Assembly (NCBI GenBank): GCA_020852295.1
Contig: JADZBC010000016.1
Coordinates: forward strand, 294 to 64,293
DNA: 64,000 nt
Source: a bacterium
GTDB lineage: Bacteria > Patescibacteriota > Saccharimonadia > CAILAD01 > JADZBC01
Direction: 5' to 3'
How positions within the stretch are numbered: the stretch's first letter is position 1; the number at the start of each line of letters is the position of its first letter. The position numbers and the translations under genes are program-made. Positions 9,754-19,574 of the stretch are shown in pieces. The notes below the pieces were generated by a model that worked only from the letters and a program-made list of their open reading frames with translations, ran no database searches and was not told the origin of the DNA.

Positions 9754-10459
9754 GTCTTATCTGGGCAGCAAAACTGGCTGCTTGCTCCGCGGTTATCTCA
9801 GCACTGGGTGCTGATACGTTTATGGTGTGCGCGGCGCCCATATCGTCACTATCGGCTTCTTCGTCACTTTTCTTAAAAACTTCAAGCTGATCGAGCAGGA
9901 TGATCTTTTTTGCATCAAGGATGTCCGATAAAAAGCGATCATTGAGGTTGCGACGGTAATCAAAGTCTTCTATCCGCATACAGGTATAGTTCAGTTCACG
10001 CGCCATGTCGCTTTCGAGTTCACCGATCAGATGCGACAGCTTAGTTTTATTAACATCGCCAACGATAAATATGTCGATCATCTGATTACTACCTCGAACA
10101 AATGCCCCAGACAAAAAGACCATCTTAACGTTTCCAGCTTTCATGATGCGCTTGAGAATCTGATCCTCTTCTTTGGTCTCCTTGATCTCTTTTGTCTTGG
10201 CCGGAATCTTTGAGAAGATCGACTGGAGTTCGTTATAAAACTTATATTTTGTGTTGACCTCGTAGTACAGACGATTCGACTGACTAACAGATTTTACGAT
10301 TCCGATTGTGAGCAAGTTCTGCAGTTCACGACGAACTGAGTTGATCTGCTCGTTAATTTTACGGGTGATCTCTCGCACATAAAACGGCCGCTCGGGATTG
10401 TTATAAAACAAGCTGAGAAGCTTGACGCGTGTCTTTGAGCCAAAAAGTTGATCAAACAT
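9746..10459 (-). CDS. Winged-helix transcriptional regulator with degenerate nucleotidyltransferase-like C-domain
   Basis: LFGSKTRVKLL, YVREI...INSVRREL HTH; G.F.....IDIFIVGD. Confidence 0.75.
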   Translation of the reverse strand: MFDQLFGSKTRVKLLSLFYNNPERPFYVREITRKINEQINSVRRELQNLLTIGIVKSVSQSNRLYYEVNTKYKFYNELQSIFSKIPAKTKEIKETKEEDQILKRIMKAGNVKMVFLSGAFVRGSNQMIDIFIVGDVNKTKLSHLIGELESDMARELNYTCMRIEDFDYRRNLNDRFLSDILDAKKIILLDQLEVFKKSDEEADSDDMGAAHTINVSAPSAEITAEQAASFAAQIRRD

Positions 10460-10588
10460 TATGCTGATTTCGCCTCCAGAATAATTGTGTCCATTGGCTT
10501 CAATTTAACCACCAATTAACTCGATTATAAACCTAATGCCATGACAAATCTAGCACCGAACACATTTTTTTACATGCAGTTTTGAGCG

Positions 10589-11314
10589 TTATTGGGGGCG
10601 CTTTGAGGCAAGCTCTGAAGCCTTTTTTTCTAGCGAGTCATCGAGCTCCGTAAGTACGGCTTCGTAGCCCGCTCGAGCAAGCGCAGCGGAAATCAAGAAG
10701 TCGGCGACGGCCGGATTTTTTGGCAAGAATGAGCCGTGAAGATATGTACCAATCGCGTTTTTGTACAATGCGCCCTCGACACCATCCTCGCCATTATTAC
10801 CCCCGCCCTGCACAACTTGACCAAGCGGCTCAAGGCTCGCTGCAAGTTTCGTCAGGCCACTATGATTCTCAAACCCAACGAGTTTCCCAAAGCGTTGACT
10901 ACGAACTACAACATTACCAATTAGCCGTCGGTTTGAGGCATCGGTAGCGGCATTAAACACGCCAATTCCCGGTAACTTTTTACCGGCGCTCGTCTTGAAG
11001 TAATGGCCAAAAAGCTGGTAGCCCCCACAGATTACCAGTGCAGGCAACCCAGCCTCGATCGAAGCCTTGATTTGGTGGCCTTTCTGAAAAAGATCATCAG
11101 CAACGAGCTCTTGCCCTCGATCTTGCCCACCGCCCATAAACAGCAGGTCATAATCCTCGGGTAGCTTCATGCCAACACCAACTGGCACAACTTCAATATC
11201 GATACCGCGCCACCGAGCACGCTGCTGTAAACATAATACATTGCCTCGGTCCCCATAAAGATTCATAAGATCAGGATAGAGATGGACAAGCTTAAGTTTA
11301 TGTTTCGACTTCAT
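10589..11314 (-). CDS. gatD: Lipid II isoglutaminyl synthase glutaminase subunit
   Basis: LYPDLMNLYGDRGN, ICGGYQ, GFENHSG, TYLHG; overlaps murT. Confidence 0.92.
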   Translation of the reverse strand: MKSKHKLKLVHLYPDLMNLYGDRGNVLCLQQRARWRGIDIEVVPVGVGMKLPEDYDLLFMGGGQDRGQELVADDLFQKGHQIKASIEAGLPALVICGGYQLFGHYFKTSAGKKLPGIGVFNAATDASNRRLIGNVVVRSQRFGKLVGFENHSGLTKLAASLEPLGQVVQGGGNNGEDGVEGALYKNAIGTYLHGSFLPKNPAVADFLISAALARAGYEAVLTELDDSLEKKASELASKRPQ

Positions 11315-12672
11315 TTCCAGTAGTCCTCCATTTCGGTTTCCTTAACGAGAAAACGACGGATCTCTAGCATAGCCGTATAGGTTGGCAGGATATATACCGG
11401 CTCGCCCTCCTTTGTGACGTCAATGGCGCGGTCAAGACAAGCCGTTAGCTCATCGACGACCTGACCTGTCTTACCGGCATATTTGAGCCTCAATGCCATA
11501 TCGTAGCGCCTGAGTCCGCCAACAATTATCCTGCCCGAACGAATATCCTCTATAGCTGCATCCCACAGCCATGAAACGTCACGACCGTCGGCAAAGTTGT
11601 CATTAATAGCCAAGACAAGAGTCTGCTTTTTATCTTGTAAGTATGTTTGGATTGCCTGATTGAAGCCAGTTGGATTCTTGATCAAGACTATCACGACATC
11701 TCGATCCCTGTAGCGAATTTTCTCGTAGCGCCCGAAAGCGGCGGTGCTGTTTTTTAAGACTTTTGTTGTACTTTTCTCATCAATTCCCTGCGTTTCAGCT
11801 ACGGCAATGGCGGCTATTGCATTGTATATGTTGTATATACCCGGTAGACTCAGATCAATTTCCTGACTCTGGGCGGTTTCAGACTGCAGCATGAAGCGTG
11901 AGCCCTCAGTGTCAAAATTTTTCATTTTTATGAGCTCCCAGTCCGGCTTTGGCCGCACGAAATCACCATTCTTACTCTTATAAACTCCCATGTGACTAAA
12001 GTACTTCTTAGAGTAAACTAGGGGTGCATTGGATATCGGACTATGCACAGAGTCGGCAGTATAGTCATGCTTGAGAACCGGACCATTAAAGTCAGAAATC
12101 CCGAAAAACATATAAGTATTGCCGTCATTGTCCGCTAAGCTGGCGACGAGCGGATCATCGGCATTGAGTAGTATTGTCGCACCCTGTTGACTGGCAAGGC
12201 CTTTTTTAATCATCTGGGCGGTGGTCTGCAGCTCACCATAGCGATCGAGCTGATCCCGGAACAGATTGGTCACTAAAATGGTTCGCGCGTTGAGCTGAGA
12301 CAATACTGCAGGAATACTTGCCTCATCAACCTCAAGGAGCGCTACCTGAGCATCGATCCGACCGCGCCAATTGGCTCGCCGAAGCATTTCTGAGACAATA
12401 CCTCGCTCCAGATTTGACCCGGTCTTGTTGTGAAGATATGAGATGTCACTCACCTCTAAAATGTCGGCGATCAGTTTCGTTGTAGTGGTTTTGCCATTCG
12501 TGCCTGTCACAACGATAATTCCATCGGGGAAATTGTTCCAACAGAGATGTAATAATATTTGATCGTCTATCTTCTTAGCTATTAGTCCAGGCAAGGCAGC
12601 TCCACCGGTGCCGGTCAGGCGATTGAGCTTGAAAATTATCTTCGCTGATAGTATGGCGATAATCTGTAGCAT
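11311..12672 (-). CDS. murT: Lipid II isoglutaminyl synthase ligase subunit (Mur ligase + DUF1727)
   Basis: TGTNGKTTT, NLFRDQLDRYGE, KNPTG, DGRDVSWLWD, TYTAM. Confidence 0.93.
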   Translation of the reverse strand: MLQIIAILSAKIIFKLNRLTGTGGAALPGLIAKKIDDQILLHLCWNNFPDGIIVVTGTNGKTTTTKLIADILEVSDISYLHNKTGSNLERGIVSEMLRRANWRGRIDAQVALLEVDEASIPAVLSQLNARTILVTNLFRDQLDRYGELQTTAQMIKKGLASQQGATILLNADDPLVASLADNDGNTYMFFGISDFNGPVLKHDYTADSVHSPISNAPLVYSKKYFSHMGVYKSKNGDFVRPKPDWELIKMKNFDTEGSRFMLQSETAQSQEIDLSLPGIYNIYNAIAAIAVAETQGIDEKSTTKVLKNSTAAFGRYEKIRYRDRDVVIVLIKNPTGFNQAIQTYLQDKKQTLVLAINDNFADGRDVSWLWDAAIEDIRSGRIIVGGLRRYDMALRLKYAGKTGQVVDELTACLDRAIDVTKEGEPVYILPTYTAMLEIRRFLVKETEMEDYWK

Positions 12673-12686
12673 AGCTATATTGTATA

Positions 12687-13580
12687 TCAGTCCTTGATTG
12701 AAAGGTAATCAGTAATCACCTCTAGGGCATATCTATCTGATTCACACCAAACAATGTATGGATTGCGCCTTAGCCAGGTCATCTGACGTCGCGCTAGCTG
12801 ATAGTCGTCACGGGTAAATCGCTCGCGTAGTTCGTCTAAAGTTATGCGACCAGACAAATATTCCACAGCATGACGATAGCCAATGATTGATAGTTGGGGA
12901 CAATCCTTGCCGTATCGATTTATTAATTTCTCAACCTCTTGAATAAAACCATTGTTCAACATTTCATCAACGCGAATTGCTATTTTTTGCTTTAAAATAG
13001 GCATTTCTGGTTTTTTTGCGACAATAATTCCACCAATTTTTAATTGCTGGCGATCGGCCTGTATCGCGGGTCCGAGGCGCAATATCTTGATGAGTCTTTG
13101 TCGATTTTTCCGTTCCGATAGCGGTACTGCATCAGCATATCGCTCAGCAACAAGATTTGATAATTCAGCAGTGCTCAATGTATCAAAATTATCAACTACA
13201 TTCGAAGAGGCTTGGCTGCGAAAAGTATAGCCAAACAACAAAGCGTCGATATATAAGCCGGTGCCACCAACTATGATGGGCAGGTGCCCACGCTGCCTTA
13301 TCTGATCGATAACGTGCTCTGCATCCCACTGGAAGTCAGCCGCACTATAATTCTCACCCGGATTACGGATATCAAGCAGATGATGCGGGACACCGAACTG
13401 TTCCTCGAGACTCGGTTTGGCCGTACCAATATCGAAGCCTCTATAGATCGTGCGTGAATCCGCTGCAATCACTTCACCGTTATAGCGTTTTGCGACCTCG
13501 ATAGCGAGCGCTGTTTTACCGCTTGCGGTCGGCCCTGCAATTACTACGAGTTTAGAGCTGTGCCCGGGATGAAACTTCAT
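12687..13580 (-). CDS. miaA: tRNA dimethylallyltransferase
   Basis: GPTASGKT, DSR.IY..DIGTAKP, GGTGLY, ARRQMTW; start uncertain. Confidence 0.94.
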   Translation of the reverse strand: MKFHPGHSSKLVVIAGPTASGKTALAIEVAKRYNGEVIAADSRTIYRGFDIGTAKPSLEEQFGVPHHLLDIRNPGENYSAADFQWDAEHVIDQIRQRGHLPIIVGGTGLYIDALLFGYTFRSQASSNVVDNFDTLSTAELSNLVAERYADAVPLSERKNRQRLIKILRLGPAIQADRQQLKIGGIIVAKKPEMPILKQKIAIRVDEMLNNGFIQEVEKLINRYGKDCPQLSIIGYRHAVEYLSGRITLDELRERFTRDDYQLARRQMTWLRRNPYIVWCESDRYALEVITDYLSIKD

Positions 13581-15369
13581 CTGTAACTCGTTCGACAAAA
13601 TCATCGACGCTGATCACTCCAAGGTCACCCTCGCCATATTTCCGAACGGCAACAGCCTGCGCGGTTGCTTCTTTCTCGCCCACGACCAGCGTGTAGGGTA
13701 CCTTCATGAGCTCAGCGGAGCGTATTCTTTTGCCAAGGGACTCACTATCGCTATCCAGGACTACGCGTACGCCTTTTTGCTTAAGAGCCTCAACCACCTT
13801 TTGAGCGTAATCACTAAACTGATCAGATACTGGCAAAACACGAACCTGTTCAGGTGCTAGCCATACCGGAAAAGCACCAGCCACGTGCTCAATATATACC
13901 GAGAGAAAGCGCTCGATGGAGCCGAGCAGCGCAAAATGAATCATTACCGGCGTTTTGGCTGAGCCATCACTGTCGACGTATGTCAATCCGAATCGTTCTG
14001 GCTGCACAAAATCCAACTGTGGAGTCGCAAGCTGGTGCTCCCGACCGAGCGCATCGGTTGCCATAAAATCGATTTTTGGCCCATAAAACGCAGCCTCACC
14101 CTGCTCTTCGTAGTAATCGAGCTTGAGTTCAGTCACGACGTCGCGCAGGATTTGCTCAGCCTGTCGCCATAGTCCCGCATCACCAAGATACGCATCAGAA
14201 TCATCACGCAGCGACAGCCGGGCGCGGAGAGGCATACCAAGCGTTGTGTAAAATTCTTTTGTGATGCGCCCCAACATCATAAGGACGTCCTTAATCTGAT
14301 CTGGAGTACAGAATGTATGGCTATCATCTTGTGTGATCGAACGCACTCGTGACAAGCCATTGAGCTCCCCTGACTTCTCGTCGCGATAAACCGTTGTGGT
14401 CTCCATGTATTTTATTGGGAGGTCTTTATAGCTCCGTGGCTTCGAAGCATAAATCTGCTGGTGGTGCGGACAATTCATTGGCTTCAAAACGAGCTCGTCT
14501 GATGTTTCCTGGCTCTTAACGAGCATCAGTTCATCACCAAACTTCGCCCAGTGACCAGACGTTTCGTAGAGATGCTTTTTCGTCAGATGAGGCACCCAAA
14601 CCTTTTCAAAGCCCTCGGCGGTGCGCAAGGCCTGCGAATAAGCGTTGAGCTCTTCGCGCAGTATCGTGCCGCGAGGTGTAAAGAGCGGTAAACCTGAGCC
14701 AACCTGTTCGGAAAAAGTGAAGAGATCGAGTTCACGCCCTAGCTTACGATGATCGCGTTTCAATGCCTCCTCCTGGTTTGCCAGAAATTCATCTAGTTGC
14801 GGCTGATTCTCAAATGCTACGCCATAAACCCGCTGCATCTGTGGATTCTTGTCATTGCCTCGCCAGTACGCACCCGACACCTTCGTAAGCTTAAATGCAC
14901 CAACCTGACCTGCTGTATCGACGTGCGGACCCCTACAAAGATCTACAAAATCCCCAGTCTTGTAGATAGAAACCGTGTCGACCTTGGCAGCACCACTCTC
15001 GATGCCAAGTTCACTTGAACCAACATCTTTGAGGTTTGTAGTGCCTTTCTCGGCCAGATCTCGTAGCAGCTCTACCTTGTAGAGCTGATTGTGGCTCGTA
15101 AAATAGTCTATTGCTTCTTGTATCGGCCAATCTTCATGCTCAAAGGCCACGTCAGACTCAACGATTTTTTTCATGTCGGACTCAATCGATACAAGGTCAT
15201 CAGTTGATAACGGCTTCTCAAGGTCAATATCATAGTAAAAACCATTGTCGATAACTGGTCCAACGCCAAACTTGGCCTCTGGGTGCCGCTTAGCGATCGC
15301 TGCTGCCATAATATGCGCCAAGCTGTGTCGCATGGCGTGAAGCTGCTGATCTTGATCTGAAAGACTCAT
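13552..15369 (-). CDS. thrS: Threonine--tRNA ligase
   Basis: RHSLAH, DLCRGPHV, RDHRKLG, KPMNCP, GEAAFYGPK, GSIERF. Confidence 0.97.
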   Translation of the reverse strand: MSLSDQDQQLHAMRHSLAHIMAAAIAKRHPEAKFGVGPVIDNGFYYDIDLEKPLSTDDLVSIESDMKKIVESDVAFEHEDWPIQEAIDYFTSHNQLYKVELLRDLAEKGTTNLKDVGSSELGIESGAAKVDTVSIYKTGDFVDLCRGPHVDTAGQVGAFKLTKVSGAYWRGNDKNPQMQRVYGVAFENQPQLDEFLANQEEALKRDHRKLGRELDLFTFSEQVGSGLPLFTPRGTILREELNAYSQALRTAEGFEKVWVPHLTKKHLYETSGHWAKFGDELMLVKSQETSDELVLKPMNCPHHQQIYASKPRSYKDLPIKYMETTTVYRDEKSGELNGLSRVRSITQDDSHTFCTPDQIKDVLMMLGRITKEFYTTLGMPLRARLSLRDDSDAYLGDAGLWRQAEQILRDVVTELKLDYYEEQGEAAFYGPKIDFMATDALGREHQLATPQLDFVQPERFGLTYVDSDGSAKTPVMIHFALLGSIERFLSVYIEHVAGAFPVWLAPEQVRVLPVSDQFSDYAQKVVEALKQKGVRVVLDSDSESLGKRIRSAELMKVPYTLVVGEKEATAQAVAVRKYGEGDLGVISVDDFVERVTDEVSSRAQL

Positions 15370-15384
15370 TTTTTTTCTCCTATA

Positions 15385-15532
15385 AATACAAAAACCACCT
15401 AGAATACCCGGTCCCAGTCCGACTGGGAGGTTCCACCGGGTTTATCCAAAGGTGGATCACTCTTTTGTCCGATACGCCCGAACAAGCGGGACACATGAGT
15501 TGGTGAGTCTCATGTCTTGTCCTCTTCGACTA
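15385..15532 (-). promoter_or_regulatory. T-box riboswitch (Thr), ultrashort stem I
   Basis: Antiterminator ACCCGG-[TGGAACC]-TCCCAGT-CGG-ACTGGGA-CCGGGT; hairpin ACATGAG-ACTCACCAA-CTCATGT with the Thr codon ACC in its loop; TATAAT -10 at 15538-15543; upstream of thrS. Confidence 0.8.
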
Positions 15533-15562
15533 GGTATATTATATACACTCAGCCTTATCTGC

Positions 15563-16195
15563 TCAAGATGTTGCAGCTTTGGCCTTCCCATAATCAGTAT
15601 TAATCGGCACGCCTTTTTTGCATAAACTACATGCTTTAGCATCATATATGTGTAATTTTAGCTTTATCAAACTATATAGCTCTGGTATCTGCAAACTGTG
15701 AGCGTCGTGAGAATATCGATTGATAAGGCAGCCCGCCCCAACCAGCTTACCATCGTGCTGGGCAACCAGGTCACGCATGGCACGAATTGAGGTGCCCATA
15801 TTGAGCACATCGTCCACTATCAATACTCGCTTGTGGGCAATCGCCTTATCATAGCCACGCTTAACGATAAATCGTGGCGCCTGATCGGTCGAACCCTTAG
15901 CTTTATCCGCATAAATTGCCAGTACATCCCTATCCTGTAGTTTGCTTAGGTGATTGGCGACCCACTGCCCCATGATGACACCGCCTGCCACTGGGCCGAT
16001 TACAATATCGACCGCTTGGTGCACAAAATGCCGAGCAATCTGTTCGCAGAGCCGAGCAGTAAGCTCGGTATGCATAAAAACAGCATCTTTATTGAAATAG
16101 GTATCCCCATGTGCACCCGAAGTATAGACAAAGTGCCCATCTGAAATAAGCGCTCCCGTCGCCCGTATGGCTGCGAGAGTCTGCGTTTCACTCAT
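15563..16195 (-). CDS. pyrE: Orotate phosphoribosyltransferase-like type I PRTase
   Basis: GHFVYTSG.H...Y, VLIVDDVLNMG.S, C-terminal CSLC. Confidence 0.8.
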   Translation of the reverse strand: MSETQTLAAIRATGALISDGHFVYTSGAHGDTYFNKDAVFMHTELTARLCEQIARHFVHQAVDIVIGPVAGGVIMGQWVANHLSKLQDRDVLAIYADKAKGSTDQAPRFIVKRGYDKAIAHKRVLIVDDVLNMGTSIRAMRDLVAQHDGKLVGAGCLINRYSHDAHSLQIPELYSLIKLKLHIYDAKACSLCKKGVPINTDYGKAKAATS

Positions 16196-16946
16196 CCGTC
16201 ATTGCCGCGACTGTTACTAAGCGACCCTCTGGCTCCGAAGTATGTGCCGAGACATAATGCGAAAAAAAGTTGCTATCGCTACCAGTATCGATTGGTGACA
16301 CCTCGATATTTTGCCGAGTCAGACCGCACTCCTCCAGCTGTGCCACATTGAAGCCAACCAGGTCGATGGCATACCGTCCGTCCGATCGTCGATGAACATA
16401 TGGCTGCCAGTCAGGTAGATCTTTCTGTACTGCATCGTCAAAAACATACGACTGAGCCTTAATGGATGGTCCAATCCAAGCTAGTAGCTCCGCTGGTGCA
16501 ACCGAGCAGTGCTCTTGCAGATATTCGACGACTAATTTTGCAAAGTTCTTGTCAGCATTGCGCCAACCGATGTGCACAAGCGCCAATACACGACGTCGGG
16601 GCGAGTAGAGAATAAGCGGGATACAGTCAGCGGTGAGCAAACTCAATGCAACACCAACATCGGTAGTAACCAGGCAGTCCAATTCGAAACTATCCTTGCC
16701 ATCGGTCATGCCCCGCCCCCTATCCGACGAGCCCACTTTTGCTATCTTCAAACCGTGCAAGCAGGCGATCATCGCGCCGGCGGACAGGTCAATCCCTAGG
16801 GCATCAAAAAACGCTTCTCGGCTTGCGAGAACGTCACTATACTCCCCGCGGATGAACGACATATTGCCAAATTCCTTACTAGAACTGCCATGCAGCAAGC
16901 CAGGCTGAGCCTGGAGTAATTTTGATCGAGCGATTTGTTTTACCAT
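16188..16946 (-). CDS. pgeF: YfiH/PgeF family purine nucleoside phosphorylase (polyphenol oxidase-like)
   Basis: TADCIP, HIGWR, IGPSI, FFSH. Confidence 0.85.
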   Translation of the reverse strand: MVKQIARSKLLQAQPGLLHGSSSKEFGNMSFIRGEYSDVLASREAFFDALGIDLSAGAMIACLHGLKIAKVGSSDRGRGMTDGKDSFELDCLVTTDVGVALSLLTADCIPLILYSPRRRVLALVHIGWRNADKNFAKLVVEYLQEHCSVAPAELLAWIGPSIKAQSYVFDDAVQKDLPDWQPYVHRRSDGRYAIDLVGFNVAQLEECGLTRQNIEVSPIDTGSDSNFFSHYVSAHTSEPEGRLVTVAAMTDE

Positions 16947-16994
16947 ACAACCATATTGTACAGGACATCAGGATTTTTCTGATAAAATCGAATC

Positions 16995-17915
16995 ATGTTT
17001 TCTGCCCTACTCACCATTGCTGGCCTCAGTGTGTTTGAGATCGTTTCGAGTATCGACAATGCCATTATCAATGCCGAGGTGCTCGGCACTATGGGTAAGC
17101 GTGCACGGCGCTGGTTTCTAACTTGGGGGCTGTTTTTCGCCGTTTTTGTTGCGAGAGGCCTACTGCCCTGGTTGATCGTGTGGGCAACCGCGCCACAGCT
17201 TGGCCCCGTTGGCGCATTTACGGCAGCGCTGAGCGGCAATGAAGCACTCCATGCACTGATCGAATCGGCCGCACCACCCCTACTGGTTGGCGGTGGCACA
17301 TTTCTGATATTCCTATTTTTCCATTGGATATTTCTGGAACCAAAAAATTTCGGGTTAGCTAGAGTAGAGCGTTTTTTCAGCTCAAAAGGGGTGTGGTTTT
17401 ATGCGATCGTATCGATCATTTTAACTGTTATTGTCTATGAGGCGCTCCAATTCAATCCTATCGTTGCTCTGGGTGCCGTTGTGGGATCAACAGCGTTTTT
17501 TATAACTCACGGCTTCAAACAAAATGCCGAACAATCCGAAGCAAAGCTACTCGCCAAGTCAGGCAGTATGACGGACGTAAGCAAGCTTCTGTTTCTTGAG
17601 ATCATTGACCTCACCTTCTCAATCGATGGCGTGCTTGGAGCATTCGCTTTCACCCTCTCAGTACCACTCATCTTGATCGGTAACGGTGTGGGTGCGCTCG
17701 TCGTGCGCCAGCTCACGATGGGTAACATCGAGAAAATTAAGCAATACGCCTATCTGAAGAATGGGGCGATGTACTCCATCTTGGCACTCGGCACCATAAT
17801 GTTACTTGATGGCTTTGGTGTGCACATACCTGCCTGGGTCTCGCCGCTCGTTACAGCCGGCTGCGTTGGCTACTTCTTTGTCAGGTCACGCCGCGAGATT
17901 GCAGCTGCGCGTTGA
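16995..17915 (+). CDS. DUF475 / TerC-like integral membrane protein
   Basis: SSIDNAIINAEVL, FLE..D..FSIDGVLGAFA, YLKNGA.YSI. Confidence 0.88.
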   Translation: MFSALLTIAGLSVFEIVSSIDNAIINAEVLGTMGKRARRWFLTWGLFFAVFVARGLLPWLIVWATAPQLGPVGAFTAALSGNEALHALIESAAPPLLVGGGTFLIFLFFHWIFLEPKNFGLARVERFFSSKGVWFYAIVSIILTVIVYEALQFNPIVALGAVVGSTAFFITHGFKQNAEQSEAKLLAKSGSMTDVSKLLFLEIIDLTFSIDGVLGAFAFTLSVPLILIGNGVGALVVRQLTMGNIEKIKQYAYLKNGAMYSILALGTIMLLDGFGVHIPAWVSPLVTAGCVGYFFVRSRREIAAAR

Positions 17916-17950
17916 CGAGCGCCCAAGATTTAAGTAGAGTATTGGCTTGA

Positions 17951-18027
17951 GGGCGATTAGCTCAGTTGATTAGAGCGCTTCCTTGACGTGGAAGAGGTCA
18001 CAGGTTTGAATCCTGTATCGCCCACCA
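17951..18027 (+). tRNA. tRNA-Val(GAC)
   Basis: GGGCGAT...ATCGCCC-A-CCA; anticodon arm CTTCC-TTGACGT-GGAAG. Confidence 0.93.
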
Positions 18028-18051
18028 TATTATGCCCATCGGGGCATTTTT

Positions 18052-18765
18052 TTATTCTGAAATCATTCGCTGCATCATGCAGAAAAATAAACACTTCGCC
18101 TGATGAAAATTGGTAAGATCTATGCCGGTCTGAGCTTGAATACGGCGCAGTCGGTATGACAGCGTATTGCGATGCGTATTGAGTCGACGAGCCGCCTGCG
18201 CCAAGTTGAGATCGGCACTAAGAACCGCCTCCATGGTGCGCTTCAGGACAGGATCAGCCCAGATAGGCCCGCCGATAAGACCCAATAATTGTCGTGTATC
18301 CTCCGGCGCCATGCCACTCATATTAAGCCAAGCTAATGCTGTCGTAAGCTCACTACAAACACCCTGCGCTGGTCGTGCCTCGTGCAGGCGAGCAAACAGC
18401 CTCAATACTACGCCAAGCTGATCATGCGTATATAGTTTTGAGTGCACGCAATAGATAGAGTGCCGATATCGCGCAAGAGCCTCCCCTATACTAGTTATGA
18501 CGCCATCTTGTTGTGCTGCATCAACCAGTAGCCAATAGCGTCGGCGATCTACTGTGTAGCCACCAATATGCATCGCAAAAGCACCTGAGTCCAGCATCCT
18601 TTCGATCTGCTGTTGTGCCTCACTAGACTGCACAGCCACCAACATAGGCCGGTATCGGTCCACCTCGGTAACTGCTGAGTTTAGAAAGTGCGCCAAATCA
18701 AGATCTGAGACTGGACTGTCTGGCTCAATTGCAGCCTGTACTAGTTCAAACGGTAGCCTAACCAC
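18052..18765 (-). CDS. PucR/CdaR-type C-terminal HTH protein
   Basis: NLAQAARRLNTHRNTLSYRLRRI. Confidence 0.75.
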   Translation of the reverse strand: MVRLPFELVQAAIEPDSPVSDLDLAHFLNSAVTEVDRYRPMLVAVQSSEAQQQIERMLDSGAFAMHIGGYTVDRRRYWLLVDAAQQDGVITSIGEALARYRHSIYCVHSKLYTHDQLGVVLRLFARLHEARPAQGVCSELTTALAWLNMSGMAPEDTRQLLGLIGGPIWADPVLKRTMEAVLSADLNLAQAARRLNTHRNTLSYRLRRIQAQTGIDLTNFHQAKCLFFCMMQRMISE

Positions 18766-19513
18766 TTATCTTACCGACAATTAGCTCAGACAGTATAACT
18801 GCATCTACGAAATTTACTGGGTTTAAACCTGTTAGCTGATAAAGCTTGGTGAGACGATAAAGCACGGTGTTGCGATGTAGGCCAAGCTGACGAGCAGCGT
18901 CCGTCAGGTTCATGTTTTCATCCAAAAAACACTTCAAGGTAACAAGTAGTGTCTGATCACTGAGCCAAGCCGACGACACTTTCTTCTCTTCAGCTAGTGC
19001 TCCGTTCAGTATTGCACTCAACCCCTTGTACGATCGAGTTGCATGAAGCCTCTTACCAAAGATCATAGCTAAGCCTTCTTCCACCAGACTCGCTCGATAC
19101 ATTTCAGCAAGCCTCCGGAGCGACAACATCAATTCATTCGCCTTGTGTGACGAGCTGTTATTCCAGGTCAATATCAGATCATTTCCCAAGACCGAATGAA
19201 TTATCAACTGCTGCCGACCAGAAATTTTCCATCTTTTTTGTTGATTTATTTTCAACGTTTTTATCGGCATAGAGTCACTAATAACACCCTGTAAAATGAG
19301 CCTGCTTGAAGGCTTTAGACCAATCGAGAGTAGTGCAGCGTGGAGCTGGCGCTCTACTCTGCTCTGACGCCCGGTCGAGCATACAAGACTTGCCATCAAA
19401 ATCCGTATCTTGAGCTGCTCTTCAGTCGCTGGTTCGATGCGCTTTGCGTGCATCAAGCTACCTAGTGTGCGTTCACCCTGCCCAAACTTTCTTGCAATAG
19501 CAGTACTGGTCAT
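18758..19513 (-). CDS. PucR/CdaR-type C-terminal HTH protein
   Basis: TLKCFLDENMNLTDAARQLGLHRNTVLYRL. Confidence 0.78.
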   Translation of the reverse strand: MTSTAIARKFGQGERTLGSLMHAKRIEPATEEQLKIRILMASLVCSTGRQSRVERQLHAALLSIGLKPSSRLILQGVISDSMPIKTLKINQQKRWKISGRQQLIIHSVLGNDLILTWNNSSSHKANELMLSLRRLAEMYRASLVEEGLAMIFGKRLHATRSYKGLSAILNGALAEEKKVSSAWLSDQTLLVTLKCFLDENMNLTDAARQLGLHRNTVLYRLTKLYQLTGLNPVNFVDAVILSELIVGKISG

Positions 19514-19574
19514 TCTTGATACCTTATTACTACCCAGCTTACCATCTGTTATTTTTTGTCGACAAGCATGTCAA

